DNA of 60,916 nt. Source: an uncultured Clostridiaceae bacterium. GTDB lineage: Bacteria > Bacillota > Clostridia > Lutisporales > Lutisporaceae. Location of the stretch: assembly GCA_964619815.1 (NCBI GenBank), contig CAZUGK010000001.1, positions 22,878 to 83,793 of the forward strand, in the 5' to 3' direction. The position numbers and the translations under genes were made by a program. Of the stretch, positions 1-11,969 are shown piece by piece (the first letter of the stretch is position 1; each line of letters opens with the position of its first letter). The notes below the pieces were generated by a model, which was not told where the DNA came from, did not search any database, and saw only the letters and a program-made list of their open reading frames with translations.

Positions 1-170
1 CATGGGAAGAAGGCATGACAGTGGCAAAGCTCCTGGAGCTGAAAAAATATGCCTACCCCAGAATAACAGTGAAGATAAACGATAAATTCATCAGGGATGA
101 AAACTTCAAAACCACAATAATCCATGATGGCGATGATGTAAAATGTATCCATCTGATGGCAGGAGGATGA
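1..170 (+). CDS. ThiS/MoaD-type sulfur-carrier protein, N-terminus cut by window edge
   Basis: Frame open from the window edge, ending ...IIHDGDDVKCIHLMAGG then TGA 168-170. C-terminal Gly-Gly and small size are typical of ThiS-like carriers. Not in the ORF track because no start codon lies in the window. Confidence 0.55.
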   Translation, partial: WEEGMTVAKLLELKKYAYPRITVKINDKFIRDENFKTTIIHDGDDVKCIHLMAGG

Positions 171-198
171 AGAGAAGCAGCTTTAAGGCTGCTTCTTT
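171..198. terminator. Hairpin between convergent genes (probable bidirectional terminator)
   Basis: GAAGCAGC (174-181) / GCTGCTTC (188-195) form a perfect 8-bp stem with a 6-nt loop, followed by TTT. Lies between the + stop at 170 and the - stop at 201. Confidence 0.6.
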
Positions 199-200
199 CG

Positions 201-2138
201 CTATTTAACTATCTTACTGAAAAGCTTAACTATTCTATCCATGAAATCGGAGACAACCCTGACAGCACTGCCAAGGGTAGTTTGAGCAGGCTCCAATGTT
301 ACAAATTCCTGTATTAGATCATTTTTCAGTATGTATTCAGACTCCTGTATCTCCCTTAGGGCTCTTTCATATCCGTCCCTGCAAAGCTCAAGGTCAACCG
401 GCTCCCGTGAGCTCAGGTCCCATGCCTTGCTGTGCGCATAAACCCCATCCCGTGACATGATAAATATCTTGTAATCATCAATAAATGAGCCTTTTATCAT
501 GTTTGATTGAGATGCTACAAATCCGCTTTCAGCATTCAAAAGATCCTGCCCAAAGAGCTTCAATCTGTTTTCTTTGATTCCAAGCAGATTCATCATAGTA
601 GGGAGGAAATCCATCTGGCCTCCAACCATGATGTTGGTTTCATTCACACCAGCTCCCGGAATATGTATTATAAGAGGGACATTGAGGGATTCATCAAAGG
701 TGTACTCATGGCCCAAAAGCTCCGACATCAGCCTGTCGTTTTCTGCAACGCCGTTAGGTATCCCGCGGTGGTCGCCATATATTGCTATTATCAAGTTATC
801 ATAAAGGCCATACTTTTTCAGCTCCTCGATAAAAAGCCCGATAGCCTCATCTGTATAGTGTATTGCTTGAATGTAGCGCCCAAGAGTTGTATTCTCATGT
901 TCAGGCAGCAGCTTGACTGTCTTGTACTTTTTGGGCAGCGCGTAGGGATGATGGCTTGAAAGAGTGATAAGGAAAGAATAAAAGGGTTGCCTGGCTGTGC
1001 TGAGGTATTGGACTGATTGCCTGAAAAAGTATTTGTCGCTTAAGCCCCAGCCGAAGGTTTCATCCGGGTTGAAATCATGCATATTGATAAATCTGTCATA
1101 GCCAAGCATTGGATATATGTTCTGTCTGTTCCAGAATTCAGGCTTGTAAGCATGAAAAGCCATTGTATTATAATCTTTTTCACGCATAATCATAGGCAAG
1201 CCCATGAACTTGTTGTTCTGATACTTGCTGTATGCAGGTAAATCCATTGAAGGATACAAGGAGTTCTGGGTGACAAATTCTGCATCTGAGGTTCCGCCTT
1301 TCCCCAGCTGCTGATAAAAACGGTTGAAATATATGGAATCCTCTTGAAGCAGTTTATTTAAATTTGGTGTAAGCTCCTGCCCGTTGTATTGGAGATTAAT
1401 AACAAAATCCTGAAGGGCTTCTACCTGAATGACTATAACATTCTTGTTCATTGCTAATCCAAAAAAACGGGATTCTCCAGCAGCTTTTTTTCTGACTGGT
1501 GCTGTCTGAGTTTTATTGATATCCTGACTGTCGCCAGTGTCATTATCCCTGATAAGCTTAGCTCCCGCCAGTTGTGATAAATGATAATGCAGCAGGCCAA
1601 ATTTTTCGTACGCTTGACCGCTGCTTTTTATGCTGCTCATCGAAAAGTCAGCAAAAACAATAGCCAGCATAAGAACTGCCGCAGCAAGTGAAGGTATTAT
1701 CCGTGGGTCAGGAGCTTTTTCCAGCTTATTTGCGGTATAATGATGAATAATCAATAGCAAGGCATCAGCGAACAGCAGAACATATATGCCGGAAAATAAT
1801 GAGGTTACACTGTCCCATATTGCAGGCAGAACTTTTAAAAACTGCAGATCCTTCACTTCCGGCAGTACGTAAAAATACTTGAAATAAAGCAAATCAGCCA
1901 GTACAATGAGAGCAAGAAGCTCATGAAAGGCTATCCTTGCTAAAAAGCTTCGTCTGGCCAAAACTAAATTTACTGTCAAATATAAGGCAAGTAATAGTAA
2001 TGAAGTTCTCAAAGCCGCCGGCAGCATGCTTTGAGGCTTGCCTGCAGAACAGTACAAGGCTGAGAATTTGCATAAAGTGAAAGCAGTCATTAGTATTAGC
2101 TGCTGTAATAAATACGAGTATCTCCTTTTAGTGAACAT
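201..2138 (-). CDS. LTA synthase family protein (membrane-anchored sulfatase-fold transferase)
   Basis: 645 aa. Hydrophobic multi-TM N-terminal third, then a sulfatase/alkaline-phosphatase-like domain (VIVIQVEALQ, GGTSDAEF, AIYGDHRG), as in LtaS-type enzymes. Confidence 0.8.
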   Translation of the reverse strand: MFTKRRYSYLLQQLILMTAFTLCKFSALYCSAGKPQSMLPAALRTSLLLLALYLTVNLVLARRSFLARIAFHELLALIVLADLLYFKYFYVLPEVKDLQFLKVLPAIWDSVTSLFSGIYVLLFADALLLIIHHYTANKLEKAPDPRIIPSLAAAVLMLAIVFADFSMSSIKSSGQAYEKFGLLHYHLSQLAGAKLIRDNDTGDSQDINKTQTAPVRKKAAGESRFFGLAMNKNVIVIQVEALQDFVINLQYNGQELTPNLNKLLQEDSIYFNRFYQQLGKGGTSDAEFVTQNSLYPSMDLPAYSKYQNNKFMGLPMIMREKDYNTMAFHAYKPEFWNRQNIYPMLGYDRFINMHDFNPDETFGWGLSDKYFFRQSVQYLSTARQPFYSFLITLSSHHPYALPKKYKTVKLLPEHENTTLGRYIQAIHYTDEAIGLFIEELKKYGLYDNLIIAIYGDHRGIPNGVAENDRLMSELLGHEYTFDESLNVPLIIHIPGAGVNETNIMVGGQMDFLPTMMNLLGIKENRLKLFGQDLLNAESGFVASQSNMIKGSFIDDYKIFIMSRDGVYAHSKAWDLSSREPVDLELCRDGYERALREIQESEYILKNDLIQEFVTLEPAQTTLGSAVRVVSDFMDRIVKLFSKIVK

Positions 2139-2273
2139 ATGTAAGCGTCCTTCCGATAAATTGTATAGTTCACTAGATTTATATTCAAGGATGATTGTAC
2201 AGTATATCTTGAAATAAAGTTAAGGATATGAGAAAGTTATAGAAGAAAAAAAGAAAAGGTGAGGAGCTATATA

Positions 2274-2495
2274 ATGGGCTCAAGAGAAATAAAAATAGGG
2301 GCAAAATACAGGCACTTCAAGGGAAATGAATATCTGGTACTGCACGTGGCAAGACACTCCGAGACTCTGGAGGAATATGTGGTATATCAAGCTTTATATG
2401 GGGAGAGGGGTATTTGGATAAGGCCCCTTGAAATGTTCTTGAGCATGAAAGAAGTGGAAGGCAAGCCGGTATACAGATTTGAAGAGATAGAGTAA
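2274..2495 (+). CDS. DUF1653 domain protein
   Basis: YRHFKGNEY...VVYQALYGE...RPLEMF pattern of DUF1653. ATG 2274 lies 7 nt after GGTGAGGAG and is preferred over the upstream GTG start in the ORF track. Confidence 0.65.
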   Translation: MGSREIKIGAKYRHFKGNEYLVLHVARHSETLEEYVVYQALYGERGIWIRPLEMFLSMKEVEGKPVYRFEEIE

Positions 2496-2667
2496 GTCCG
2501 GCTATTGCTCTGAAGCTTTCTTCATTATATCCGGCACGGCAAGAGCTTTTTCTTTGCACTCCATCATTCACAAGTATTATTTGAAGAGTTTTTCATTAAG
2601 GTATATAAAAAGCAACTAAGCTAAAAATATAAGAAAATGATTTCAAATATATCCTGGAGGTTTTATA

Positions 2668-2886
2668 ATGAGTAATGGAGCATATGAGAAAGTCGTTACC
2701 GGAAAAAGCCTGAACAATATTTTTGGAAAAATAGAAAAGCTCAATACTGTCGAAAGCTATCTTATACATGTTGAAACAGTGGGTGGTGTTGAGAACAACT
2801 TTATTGAAGGCTCGAAGAATGGGAAAAGAGAAGTACAGAATCTGTACGTGTCCGAAGAAAACCTGACAAGTCTCAAAATGGCTTAA
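2668..2886 (+). CDS. Hypothetical small protein (72 aa)
   Basis: ATG preceded by CTGGAGG with correct spacing. No family recognised. Confidence 0.4.
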   Translation: MSNGAYEKVVTGKSLNNIFGKIEKLNTVESYLIHVETVGGVENNFIEGSKNGKREVQNLYVSEENLTSLKMA

Positions 2887-3060
2887 TAACAAAAGCAGGG
2901 AAATGGCTTGTCCAGGCTTCCTTTCCTGCCTGTATCGAAGTCAATGGGAGACAGCTGCAAGAATCATGCTGAAAAGAAAAAAAGAATAATAGTGTATAAA
3001 TAGGTATAAAAGCCGGTATTTTGGAAATAATACCCTCCAGAACAATATGGAGGGAAAATT

Positions 3061-3720
3061 ATGTTTGAAGATAGAAGTATCAGACGCAAAAAAAGGTACT
3101 TGCTGGCTGCGGTCTTTTTGCTGCTGGCTTCTGCCGCATTTGGGGTAGGTTATTTTTTTAATGCTGAAGCCCCGGGAGCTCCGAATGATCCTGAAAATCC
3201 TGGCAAGGTGAATCTACAGATACCTGACAGCCTTATAAATCCAACTACCGGCAAGGAATCATATGAGCAGGTGAACGCGGACAGTAATGTGGACACGGCG
3301 ATAAATATGCCGGATAAGAATATACTTACTCCAAATACGCAGTTGATTTTTAGAACATACTATAATTCCTGCAAGCACACAAGAGAAAAAGCGGTTCAGG
3401 CTGGCAATGACGAAGTAAACATGAAAGCAGAGCAGCTGAAAGAAAAATATGCAGACTGGGAGATAACGGCTTTTTCGCCTCCGATAGTTGAATTGAGCAA
3501 GACAATTGATACGTACTGCCCGAGCCATTACATAATTGGTGTGGACAACGGTTATATCGCAATCTACGTTTATGATGAGAACGGCAATAAGAATATGCAG
3601 GAAAGAACCGATATTTCAATTGCTACACTTACCCCGGAAGACCAGCAGGCACTTACCGCCGGGATAGTGGTAGATACGGAGGACCAGAAGGAGCAGACCC
3701 TGGAGGGCTTTAGCAACTAG
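3061..3720 (+). CDS. BofC C-terminal-domain-like protein (sporulation-associated), N-terminal signal anchor
   Basis: 219 aa. N-terminal hydrophobic segment, and a C-terminal IIGVDNGYIAIYVYDENG...TPEDQQALTAGI motif that resembles the BofC C-terminal domain. Position upstream of ruv genes mirrors the bofC-ruvAB neighbourhood in Bacillus. Confidence 0.55.
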   Translation: MFEDRSIRRKKRYLLAAVFLLLASAAFGVGYFFNAEAPGAPNDPENPGKVNLQIPDSLINPTTGKESYEQVNADSNVDTAINMPDKNILTPNTQLIFRTYYNSCKHTREKAVQAGNDEVNMKAEQLKEKYADWEITAFSPPIVELSKTIDTYCPSHYIIGVDNGYIAIYVYDENGNKNMQERTDISIATLTPEDQQALTAGIVVDTEDQKEQTLEGFSN

Positions 3721-3818
3721 AAGAAGAGGAAATTAATAAATCAGTGAAAAACGGTTTAGCAAAATACAAACCACCCAAAAGTGTCATAGCTTTAACATTG
3801 GTATGCACTTATGCAAGC

Positions 3819-4022
3819 AGCCATGTAAATGCTAAGGTGTATTTATACAAAGCTTGTCAATGGTACTTATGAGCGGAGCCTTAGAAAAGTCGTATGCGAG
3901 GCAAGGAGGCCGAAGCAAGCCATAAAGGTCATGGACGACCATTTTATGGCGTTAGACTTTTCTTAGGCGGAGTTCGTTAGTACCATCAAGATTTGTATAG
4001 TTATACCGTGCTTTACATGGCT
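3819..4022 (+). repeat. ~205-nt imperfect long hairpin element with 11-bp perfect terminal inverted repeat (copy D of the dispersed family)
   Basis: AGCCATGTAAA (3819-3829) is the reverse complement of TTTACATGGCT (4012-4022). Inner paired blocks: TATACAAA, ATGGTACT, AGAAAAGTC (3882-3890) / GACTTTTCT (3955-3963). The apex carries GAGGCAA GGAGGCC GAAGCAA GCCATAA (3898-3925), which has 7-nt periodicity. Confidence 0.6.
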
Positions 4023-4121
4023 GTGCGATTGTTATAACTTTGCCATTAGCCAGTAAGGCAGTGAAAAACTGCTTTATTTTTTTACCAAAAAAGGTTATAG
4101 TATTAGGTAGCGAATATATGT

Positions 4122-4631
4122 TTGGGTGGTGCGAGAATATTGTTGATACTTGGAATTGACCCGGGTATAGCTATACTTGGATTCGGACTTATAAAATTTG
4201 AAGCAAATAAATTCACTGTGCTGGACTATGGAGCCGTTACAACTGAAGCCGGCACTCCAATGTCTGAAAGGCTTACGATTATTTACAACGAACTTAGCGG
4301 AATTATTGAAAAGTACAGGCCTGATGCCTTTGCTGTCGAAGAACTGTTTTTCAACAAAAATATAAAGACTGCCCTGACAGTTGGACATGCCAGGGGTGTA
4401 GCGGTATTGGCGGGCTGCAAGGCAGGGATTCCGATATATGAATATACTCCGCTTCAGGTAAAACAGGCTGTGGTAGGTTACGGACGTGCCGAGAAGAGCC
4501 AGATACAGCAGATGGTCAAGATTCTCCTTAATCTGAGGGAGATACCAAAGCCTGATGATGTTGCAGATGCATTGGCTGTTGCCATCTGTCACGGAAACTC
4601 GTCCAATTTCTCAGAACAATTCAGATTATAG
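4122..4631 (+). CDS. ruvC: Crossover junction endodeoxyribonuclease RuvC
   Basis: [13 protein letters not shown]...[10 protein letters not shown]...HARGV...[13 protein letters not shown], typical RuvC. Exact start uncertain (TTG 4122 or a downstream TTG). Confidence 0.9.
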   Translation: MGGARILLILGIDPGIAILGFGLIKFEANKFTVLDYGAVTTEAGTPMSERLTIIYNELSGIIEKYRPDAFAVEELFFNKNIKTALTVGHARGVAVLAGCKAGIPIYEYTPLQVKQAVVGYGRAEKSQIQQMVKILLNLREIPKPDDVADALAVAICHGNSSNFSEQFRL

Positions 4632-4643
4632 GGGTGAAGGAAT

Positions 4644-5228
4644 ATGTATGAATATTTAAGCGGAACAGTGGACTACATGGGCGAGGATTATGCCGTAATT
4701 GATATATCAGGCCTGGGCTACAGGGTATTTACCTCGCAGAATACTATGAAAAGCCTTAAGCCGGGGGAAATTGCAAAGATCTATACCCATTTGATTGTTA
4801 AAGAGGATGACCTGGTGCTGTATGGTTTTTTTACAAGAGATGAGCTCAGCATGTTCAAGCTCCTTATATCGGTATCCGGAGTAGGACCGAAAGCAGGAGC
4901 CTCCCTGCTAAATCAGTATAAAGCGTCAGAATTGGCGGCAGCTATAATAGGCAGGGATATAGCAAAGCTTACAAAAGCTCAGGGTATAGGGAAGAAAATT
5001 GCAGAAAGAATAATACTTGAGCTTAAAGACAAGATAGATACAGAAAGTGCAATAGGCGGAATGGACACTTTTGATTCCGGGGATGAAATATCTCAGGTAA
5101 TTGAAGCTTTGGTATCCTTAGGTTATAATTATTCTGTAGCATCAACTGCTGTAATGAAGCTAAAGGATACCAGGAAACCTATCGATATTCTTATTAAGGA
5201 TGCGTTAAAACAGCTGGCGACCATGTAA
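4644..5228 (+). CDS. ruvA: Holliday junction branch migration protein RuvA
   Basis: MYEYLSGTV...GLGYRVF...ISVSGVGPKAG...IGKKIAERIILELKDK, canonical RuvA. Confidence 0.95.
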   Translation: MYEYLSGTVDYMGEDYAVIDISGLGYRVFTSQNTMKSLKPGEIAKIYTHLIVKEDDLVLYGFFTRDELSMFKLLISVSGVGPKAGASLLNQYKASELAAAIIGRDIAKLTKAQGIGKKIAERIILELKDKIDTESAIGGMDTFDSGDEISQVIEALVSLGYNYSVASTAVMKLKDTRKPIDILIKDALKQLATM

Positions 5229-5265
5229 AAGGCTATTTGTGAAATGCCAATAAAAGTGAGGAAAT

Positions 5266-6264
5266 ATGATGGAAGATAGATTGATAACACCAAAGATAAT
5301 GGATGAGGATATAGAGGTTGACACCAGCCTGAGGCCGAAATCCATTGAAGAGTATATCGGACAGTCCAGTGCCAAGGAGAAGATAAGCATTTTCATACAA
5401 GCAGCGAACAAAAGAAAAGAAACACTGGACCATGTACTGCTTTATGGGCCTCCTGGTCTCGGCAAGACAACTCTCGCCAATATAATATCAAATGAATTGG
5501 GTGTGAACATCAGGATAACCTCTGGCCCTGCAATCGAAAAACCGGGGGATCTGGCGGCAATTCTTACAAATCTCAATAATAATGATGTACTGTTTATCGA
5601 TGAAATACACAGGCTTAACAGGAGTGTTGAAGAAATACTTTATCCTGCTATGGAAGATTATGCACTTGATATAATCATCGGCAAGGGTCCAAGTGCACGT
5701 TCCATCAGGCTGGATCTTCCCAAATTTACTATGATAGGTGCTACCACAAGGGCAGGAATGCTTACTGCTCCTCTCAGGGACAGGTTTGGAGTAATTTGCA
5801 GACTGGAGTATTATACTAATGAAGAGCTTTATCAAATAATTGAGAGGTCTGCGAAGATATTGAAGATAGATGCAGATGAGGCCGGTGTTTACGAGATAGC
5901 AAGAAGGTCCAGGGGAACCCCAAGAGTTGCCAACAGGCTTCTGAAAAGAGTAAGAGATTATGCACAGGTGAGAGCTTCAGGCATTATAGACAAGGAGACT
6001 GCTGACAAGGCATTAAGGCTTTTGGAAATAGATGATATGGGACTTGACGATATTGACAAGAAGATGCTTCTTGCCATCATAAATAAATTTGACGGAGGAC
6101 CGGTAGGTTTGGATACACTTGCTGCATCCATTGGGGAAGACAGCGGAACCATAGAAGATGTTTACGAACCATACCTGCTGCAGATCGGCTTCATTAACAG
6201 GACGCCCAGAGGCAGGGTAGCTACTAATTCTGCCTACAGGCATTTCGGAATCAATAAGGATTAA
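5266..6264 (+). CDS. ruvB: Holliday junction DNA helicase RuvB
   Basis: Walker [53 protein letters not shown]. Confidence 0.97.
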   Translation: MMEDRLITPKIMDEDIEVDTSLRPKSIEEYIGQSSAKEKISIFIQAANKRKETLDHVLLYGPPGLGKTTLANIISNELGVNIRITSGPAIEKPGDLAAILTNLNNNDVLFIDEIHRLNRSVEEILYPAMEDYALDIIIGKGPSARSIRLDLPKFTMIGATTRAGMLTAPLRDRFGVICRLEYYTNEELYQIIERSAKILKIDADEAGVYEIARRSRGTPRVANRLLKRVRDYAQVRASGIIDKETADKALRLLEIDDMGLDDIDKKMLLAIINKFDGGPVGLDTLAASIGEDSGTIEDVYEPYLLQIGFINRTPRGRVATNSAYRHFGINKD

Positions 6265-6279
6265 TCAGGGGTGAAATAA

Positions 6280-6825
6280 TTGAAATTATTGATGCATATG
6301 TGCTGCGGCCCATGTGCTGTCTATCCGTATCAGGTTTTAAGCAAGGAGCATGATATAACGGGATTGTTCTATAATCCCAATATACATCCTTATACCGAAT
6401 ATAAGAAAAGAATGGATACGGCCCGGGAGTTCGCAGACAAATCAGGCTATAAGCTTATTACAATTGATGAATATAACCTGGATGAGTTTCTAAGAAATGC
6501 GGCCTTCCGTGAAGGACAGCGGTGCATGATGTGCTATGCAGACCGCCTTGAACGTGCTGCCTCTGTCGCAAAAAAAGGTAATTTTGATGCTTTTACCACA
6601 ACTCTTCTGGTGAGTCCCTTCCAAAAGCACGATCTTATAAGAAAGATTGGAGAGGAAGCGGGAAGAAAATACGGTGTGGAGTTTCTGTATAAGGATTTCC
6701 GTACAGGCTTCAAGGAAGGCGTGGAAAAGTCAAAGGAGCTGGGGTTGTACAGACAACCCTATTGCGGCTGCATATACAGCGAAAGGGATAGATATGCACC
6801 AAAAAGAAAGGAAGGTAAAAAATGA
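6280..6825 (+). CDS. queH: Epoxyqueuosine reductase QueH (DUF208)
   Basis: LLMHMCCGPC...NPNIHPYTEY...CMMCY...QPYCGC, the Cys pattern of the QueH family. Confidence 0.85.
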   Translation: MKLLMHMCCGPCAVYPYQVLSKEHDITGLFYNPNIHPYTEYKKRMDTAREFADKSGYKLITIDEYNLDEFLRNAAFREGQRCMMCYADRLERAASVAKKGNFDAFTTTLLVSPFQKHDLIRKIGEEAGRKYGVEFLYKDFRTGFKEGVEKSKELGLYRQPYCGCIYSERDRYAPKRKEGKK

Positions 6826-7037
6826 ATATTGAGCAACTTGCCAAGACACTCATTGCCCTTGGAATAGGCATAGCTGTCCTTGGAGTTTTTCTTTATTTTG
6901 GAGGAAGATTGGGTATTGGCAAGCTTCCCGGAGACATCTACATAAGGAAAGGCAATTTCACATTTTACTTTCCAATAGTGACCAGTATTCTGGCAAGTAT
7001 TATACTGACAGTCCTATTCAGTATTTTTCGTAGATAA
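6822..7037 (+). CDS. DUF2905 small membrane protein
   Basis: 71 aa with two hydrophobic segments and the GKLPGDIYIRKGNFTFYFP motif. Start overlaps the queH stop (ATGA). Confidence 0.7.
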   Translation: MNIEQLAKTLIALGIGIAVLGVFLYFGGRLGIGKLPGDIYIRKGNFTFYFPIVTSILASIILTVLFSIFRR

Positions 7038-7183
7038 AGCTTTATGCGAAATAACAAAGGAATTTTCCAAAAAGATTTCGCAAAAAGCTTACCTTGGATG
7101 TCATTGAATTCGCACCATACGCAATAGGAATACTTAGTGCGTTCAATATGACACCTAAGCTAAATTTGAAAGGAGCTGTGCTT

Positions 7184-8848
7184 ATGAAGACGAAAAAGAT
7201 TGTACTAGCCCACTTACTAATCATTGCAATTACTTTAGCATCCATTTCTTTCAATATGGAAACGGTGAATGCCGGTGTCCCTGTCCCGGAGACCATAAAG
7301 ATCGGGTTAAGCTTCGGAAAGTCGGCTGCAAATATTTTTACACTGGGCAGTGATACCGGTATGAGGATACAGAGCTTAGAAAACGGTGCATACAAGGATT
7401 TACTGGAAGTAAAGAGCCCGGCCGGTATCAAGGTCAGAAGGGATGAATACTATAACATAGTAAACGGCAAGGAAAGCGAGATTAACTATGTAAAAGCGGC
7501 CAAATATGAGGGGGAAGTAATTGGACCTTATCATATTCAAATAGGCGATACATATCCAGATGCAGAAACAGCCCAACAAGTGGCAGCACAGTTATCCTCC
7601 ATTGCAACCTCAGTATTTCTGGCATATGAAGACGGATGGAAGGTCTGGTCTCAGATGTATCTGGAGGAAAGTGAATGTCTGAACCAGATACAGATTATGC
7701 AAAATGAAAAAAACGATGTAAACTATACAATAGTATACCCTGATAGAAAAAGGATTCAAATAATCGACGGCACAACAGGACAGCTGCTGATGGTATTGAA
7801 CAGTGAGACAAAAGTCAGGGTCATGCCCGGGGAAGCTCAGGGGAAGGCCAGCGCCATGCAGTATAAAGGGAAAAAATACAGAGGCAGCATAACAATGCAA
7901 AGTCAATCCGAAAGTGATATAACAGTAATCAATGAGCTGCCTTTTGATCAATATCTGTACAGTGTTGTTCCTTCCGAAATGCCTGCTTCCTGGCCTATGG
8001 AGGCATTAAAAGCGCAGGCTGTTGCTGCAAGAAACTATGCAATTGTAACAATGGGCAGGCATGATGCCAATGGCTTTGACCTATGCAATACTGAACACTG
8101 CCAGGCATACAACGGTATGGAACAGGAAAAAAGCAGCTCAACAGAAGCGGTAAACGCCACTAAGGGCAAAATAGTTACATATAACGGAAAGGTTATATCT
8201 ACTTTTTTTCACTCCAGCAGCGGGGGTCATACAGAGGACAGTGAGAATGTATGGGGCTCCAAAACTGATTATATCAGGGGAGTAGACGACGAATACAGTC
8301 TCGGGAGTCCTTATGACAACTGGACCTTTGAACTTGACAAGGCAGGAGCTAAGGAAAAGCTGGCTCAGGCAAGCATAGATTTAGGTGATATAAGAGATAT
8401 AAGAATTCTTGAGGTAAGCCGGTACGGAAGGGTGACCAAGCTGGAAATTGAGGGTACCAAGGAAAGTAAAATATTTGAAAAGGAAAAAATAAGAAGCATT
8501 TTGGGAACGAAATCCCTGAAGAGTATATGGTACAAGTTGAAAACTGATGCAGATATCTTTGTAAGGGGTTCACTTTTGGGCACCTCTGAGCTTGGCAGGA
8601 CTTCAAACATGTATGTAGTTTCTGCCGCAGGGAAAACAAAGGTAAATAGCCCCGGAAACAAGGTAAGTGTTAAAGGCATCAGCAGTACGAAGGCGTATAA
8701 TGCTGTGCCCAATACATACATCTTTGATGGAAAGGGCTTTGGACACGGTCTGGGAATGAGCCAGTACGGAGCAAAAGGTATGGCTGAAGCCGGTAATAAC
8801 TACGTGAAGATATTGGAACACTATTATCAGGGTGCAAAAGTACAATAG
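7184..8848 (+). CDS. SpoIID/LytB domain protein (amidase-enhancer type), secreted
   Basis: ATG 7184 lies after GAAAGGAG and gives the signal-like [21 protein letters not shown]. The C-terminal half carries SpoIID motifs ([50 protein letters not shown]). The ORF-track start at 7094 is rejected. Confidence 0.8.
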   Translation: MKTKKIVLAHLLIIAITLASISFNMETVNAGVPVPETIKIGLSFGKSAANIFTLGSDTGMRIQSLENGAYKDLLEVKSPAGIKVRRDEYYNIVNGKESEINYVKAAKYEGEVIGPYHIQIGDTYPDAETAQQVAAQLSSIATSVFLAYEDGWKVWSQMYLEESECLNQIQIMQNEKNDVNYTIVYPDRKRIQIIDGTTGQLLMVLNSETKVRVMPGEAQGKASAMQYKGKKYRGSITMQSQSESDITVINELPFDQYLYSVVPSEMPASWPMEALKAQAVAARNYAIVTMGRHDANGFDLCNTEHCQAYNGMEQEKSSSTEAVNATKGKIVTYNGKVISTFFHSSSGGHTEDSENVWGSKTDYIRGVDDEYSLGSPYDNWTFELDKAGAKEKLAQASIDLGDIRDIRILEVSRYGRVTKLEIEGTKESKIFEKEKIRSILGTKSLKSIWYKLKTDADIFVRGSLLGTSELGRTSNMYVVSAAGKTKVNSPGNKVSVKGISSTKAYNAVPNTYIFDGKGFGHGLGMSQYGAKGMAEAGNNYVKILEHYYQGAKVQ

Positions 8849-8862
8849 AAAGAGGACGTAAG

Positions 8863-9888
8863 ATGGAACTAAAGGAATTTCATTTCGATTTGCCGGAAGA
8901 GCTTATCGCACAGGAGCCAATTGCCAAAAGAGATATGTCAAGGCTCTTGGTGCTTGATAAAAATAATGGGGAAATAAGACACAGAAATTTTAGGGATATA
9001 TTGGAATACCTGCGCGAGGGAGATTGCCTGGTGCTTAACAATACAAGAGTAATACCGGCAAGGTTGTTCGGTGTAAAAAAAGACAGTATGGGCAGTATTG
9101 AGTTCTTGCTTTTGAACAGGAAGGACAAAGACATATGGGAGGTTATGCTTAGGCCGGGCAAAAAGGCAAAACCCGGTGCGGTTTTTATCTTCGGAGATGG
9201 AGAGCTTGAGGCAGAAATACTCGATATACTCGAAGGCGGCAACCGCCTGGTAAGATTCAGCTATCAGGGAATTTTCGAGGAAGTACTGGACCGCTTGGGT
9301 AATATACCACTTCCCCCATATATAAAGAAACAGCTTGAGGATAAGGAACGATACCAGACAGTATATTCAAAATATGAAGGTTCTGCCGCAGCACCGACTG
9401 CAGGGCTGCACTTTACGGAAGAGCTGCTGCAGCAGGTAGCGGCATCCGGTATCAAAATAGCTTTTGTTACACTTCACGTGGGGCTTGGTACCTTTAGACC
9501 CGTGAAGGTTGATAAAATTGAGGAGCACAAGATGCATTCCGAATATTATGTGCTAAGTGCTGAGAATGCAGAGATACTAAACGGTGCCAGAAAAAGCGGA
9601 GGAAGAGTTATCTGTGTAGGAACTACTTCTACAAGGACGCTGGAGTCAATAATGCAGAAAAAGGGTACTCTTGAGGAAGACAGCGGCTGGACAGACATAT
9701 TTATATACCCTGGATACAAATTCAGGATAACAGATGGGCTGATAACCAATTTTCACCTGCCTGAGTCCACATTACTTATGCTGGTAAGTGCATTAGCGGG
9801 GAAGGACAATATAATGAGGGCATATGAAGAAGCCGTAAAGGAAAGATATAGATTTTTCAGCTTTGGAGATGCTATGCTAATTATTTAA
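8863..9888 (+). CDS. queA: tRNA preQ1(34) S-adenosylmethionine ribosyltransferase-isomerase QueA
   Basis: [12 protein letters not shown]...[10 protein letters not shown]...[10 protein letters not shown]...[11 protein letters not shown]...[10 protein letters not shown]. Confidence 0.95.
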   Translation: MELKEFHFDLPEELIAQEPIAKRDMSRLLVLDKNNGEIRHRNFRDILEYLREGDCLVLNNTRVIPARLFGVKKDSMGSIEFLLLNRKDKDIWEVMLRPGKKAKPGAVFIFGDGELEAEILDILEGGNRLVRFSYQGIFEEVLDRLGNIPLPPYIKKQLEDKERYQTVYSKYEGSAAAPTAGLHFTEELLQQVAASGIKIAFVTLHVGLGTFRPVKVDKIEEHKMHSEYYVLSAENAEILNGARKSGGRVICVGTTSTRTLESIMQKKGTLEEDSGWTDIFIYPGYKFRITDGLITNFHLPESTLLMLVSALAGKDNIMRAYEEAVKERYRFFSFGDAMLII

Positions 9889-9904
9889 TTTTGGGGGTGT
9901 TTCA

Positions 9905-10324
9905 ATGAAGATAGGCCAACTAAAGACCAGAATAATGAATATGACAGTATATTTGGAGCTTGTGCTGGCGGTATTTATCACAGTTGGGATAATTATCGGA
10001 ATGGTGGATTTGGTTAAGTACATAATATTAATATTCAAAACCAATCCAATTGACACTTACGATTTATGTCAGAAGTTCTTGGGACACGTACTTCTTCTGG
10101 TTGTGGGGGTGGAGCTGGTAGCAATGCTTGTAATGCATACCCCGGGAAGCGTCATTGAGGTGCTTTTGTATGCAATTGCCAGAAACATGCTTATAGGGAG
10201 TAAGGGTGCCCTGGATTCTATATTGGGAGTTGCTTCTATAGCTGCAATTTTTGCTATTAAAAGGTACCTTTTCGTTAGCAGTATTTCAGAAAATAATGAT
10301 ACCAGTGACAGTAGTGATGAATAA
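9905..10324 (+). CDS. PsiE-like (phosphate-starvation-inducible E family) membrane protein, tentative
   Basis: 139 aa, about 4 TM segments. The LLLVVGVELVAML pattern resembles PsiE-family proteins. Assignment from memory only. Confidence 0.45.
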   Translation: MKIGQLKTRIMNMTVYLELVLAVFITVGIIIGMVDLVKYIILIFKTNPIDTYDLCQKFLGHVLLLVVGVELVAMLVMHTPGSVIEVLLYAIARNMLIGSKGALDSILGVASIAAIFAIKRYLFVSSISENNDTSDSSDE

Positions 10325-10328
10325 TTAG

Positions 10329-11462
<1,134 letters not shown>

Positions 11463-11592
11463 TTGAAATGCGAGAAAATAATGTTAGTTGAGGATGAATA
11501 CCGGGAAGGATTTTTTAATTATGTATTGAATAATATAATTCAAGGGGAAAACCTTTGAAGGAACAAAAGATATGAAAGGAGGAGTATAAAGA

Positions 11593-11868
11593 GTGAATCA
11601 GTACGGATGGATTTTACCTTATATAGTTGTTATCGCAGCATTTTACTTTTTCCTGATAAGACCACAGAAGAAAAAAGAAAAAGCAACTCAGGAAATGAGG
11701 AACAGCGTTAAAGAGGGCACATCAATTGTAACAATTGGTGGAATATACGGAAAGGTTGTTAATGCTAAGGAAGATATTCTTACCATTGAGGTTGGAGCAG
11801 ATAAAGTAAAGCTTAGAATTGCCAGATGGGCAGTTGGAAGGGTAATAGAAGATAACGAAGAAAAGTAA
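11593..11868 (+). CDS. yajC: Preprotein translocase subunit YajC
   Basis: 91 aa. Single TM, then FLIRPQKKKEK...GGIYGKV, typical YajC. GTG start after AAAGGAGGAG. Confidence 0.85.
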   Translation: MNQYGWILPYIVVIAAFYFFLIRPQKKKEKATQEMRNSVKEGTSIVTIGGIYGKVVNAKEDILTIEVGADKVKLRIARWAVGRVIEDNEEK

Positions 11869-11890
11869 CTTGTATTCAAGTTACTTTTTT
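11865..11890 (+). terminator. Rho-independent terminator after yajC
   Basis: GTAACTTG (11865-11872) / CAAGTTAC (11877-11884), 4-nt loop, T6 tail. Confidence 0.85.
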
Positions 11891-11969
11891 CATTTGCGAA
11901 TAAATATTCCCTATGGCGAATAGATTTATAGAGAACAAACCTTGCAAAATTACTATAGGGGGTTTTTAT

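Noticed and set aside
7094-7183. N-terminal extensions given by the ORF track (for example 7094 for the SpoIID-like gene, 28267 for glyA, 29680 for the sigma-54 activator, 32091 for the PHP gene, 48272 for the first GT gene)
   Set aside because: In each case an internal ATG with a properly spaced Shine-Dalgarno gives the conserved family N-terminus. The extension overlaps a terminator or promoter, or encodes non-conserved sequence.
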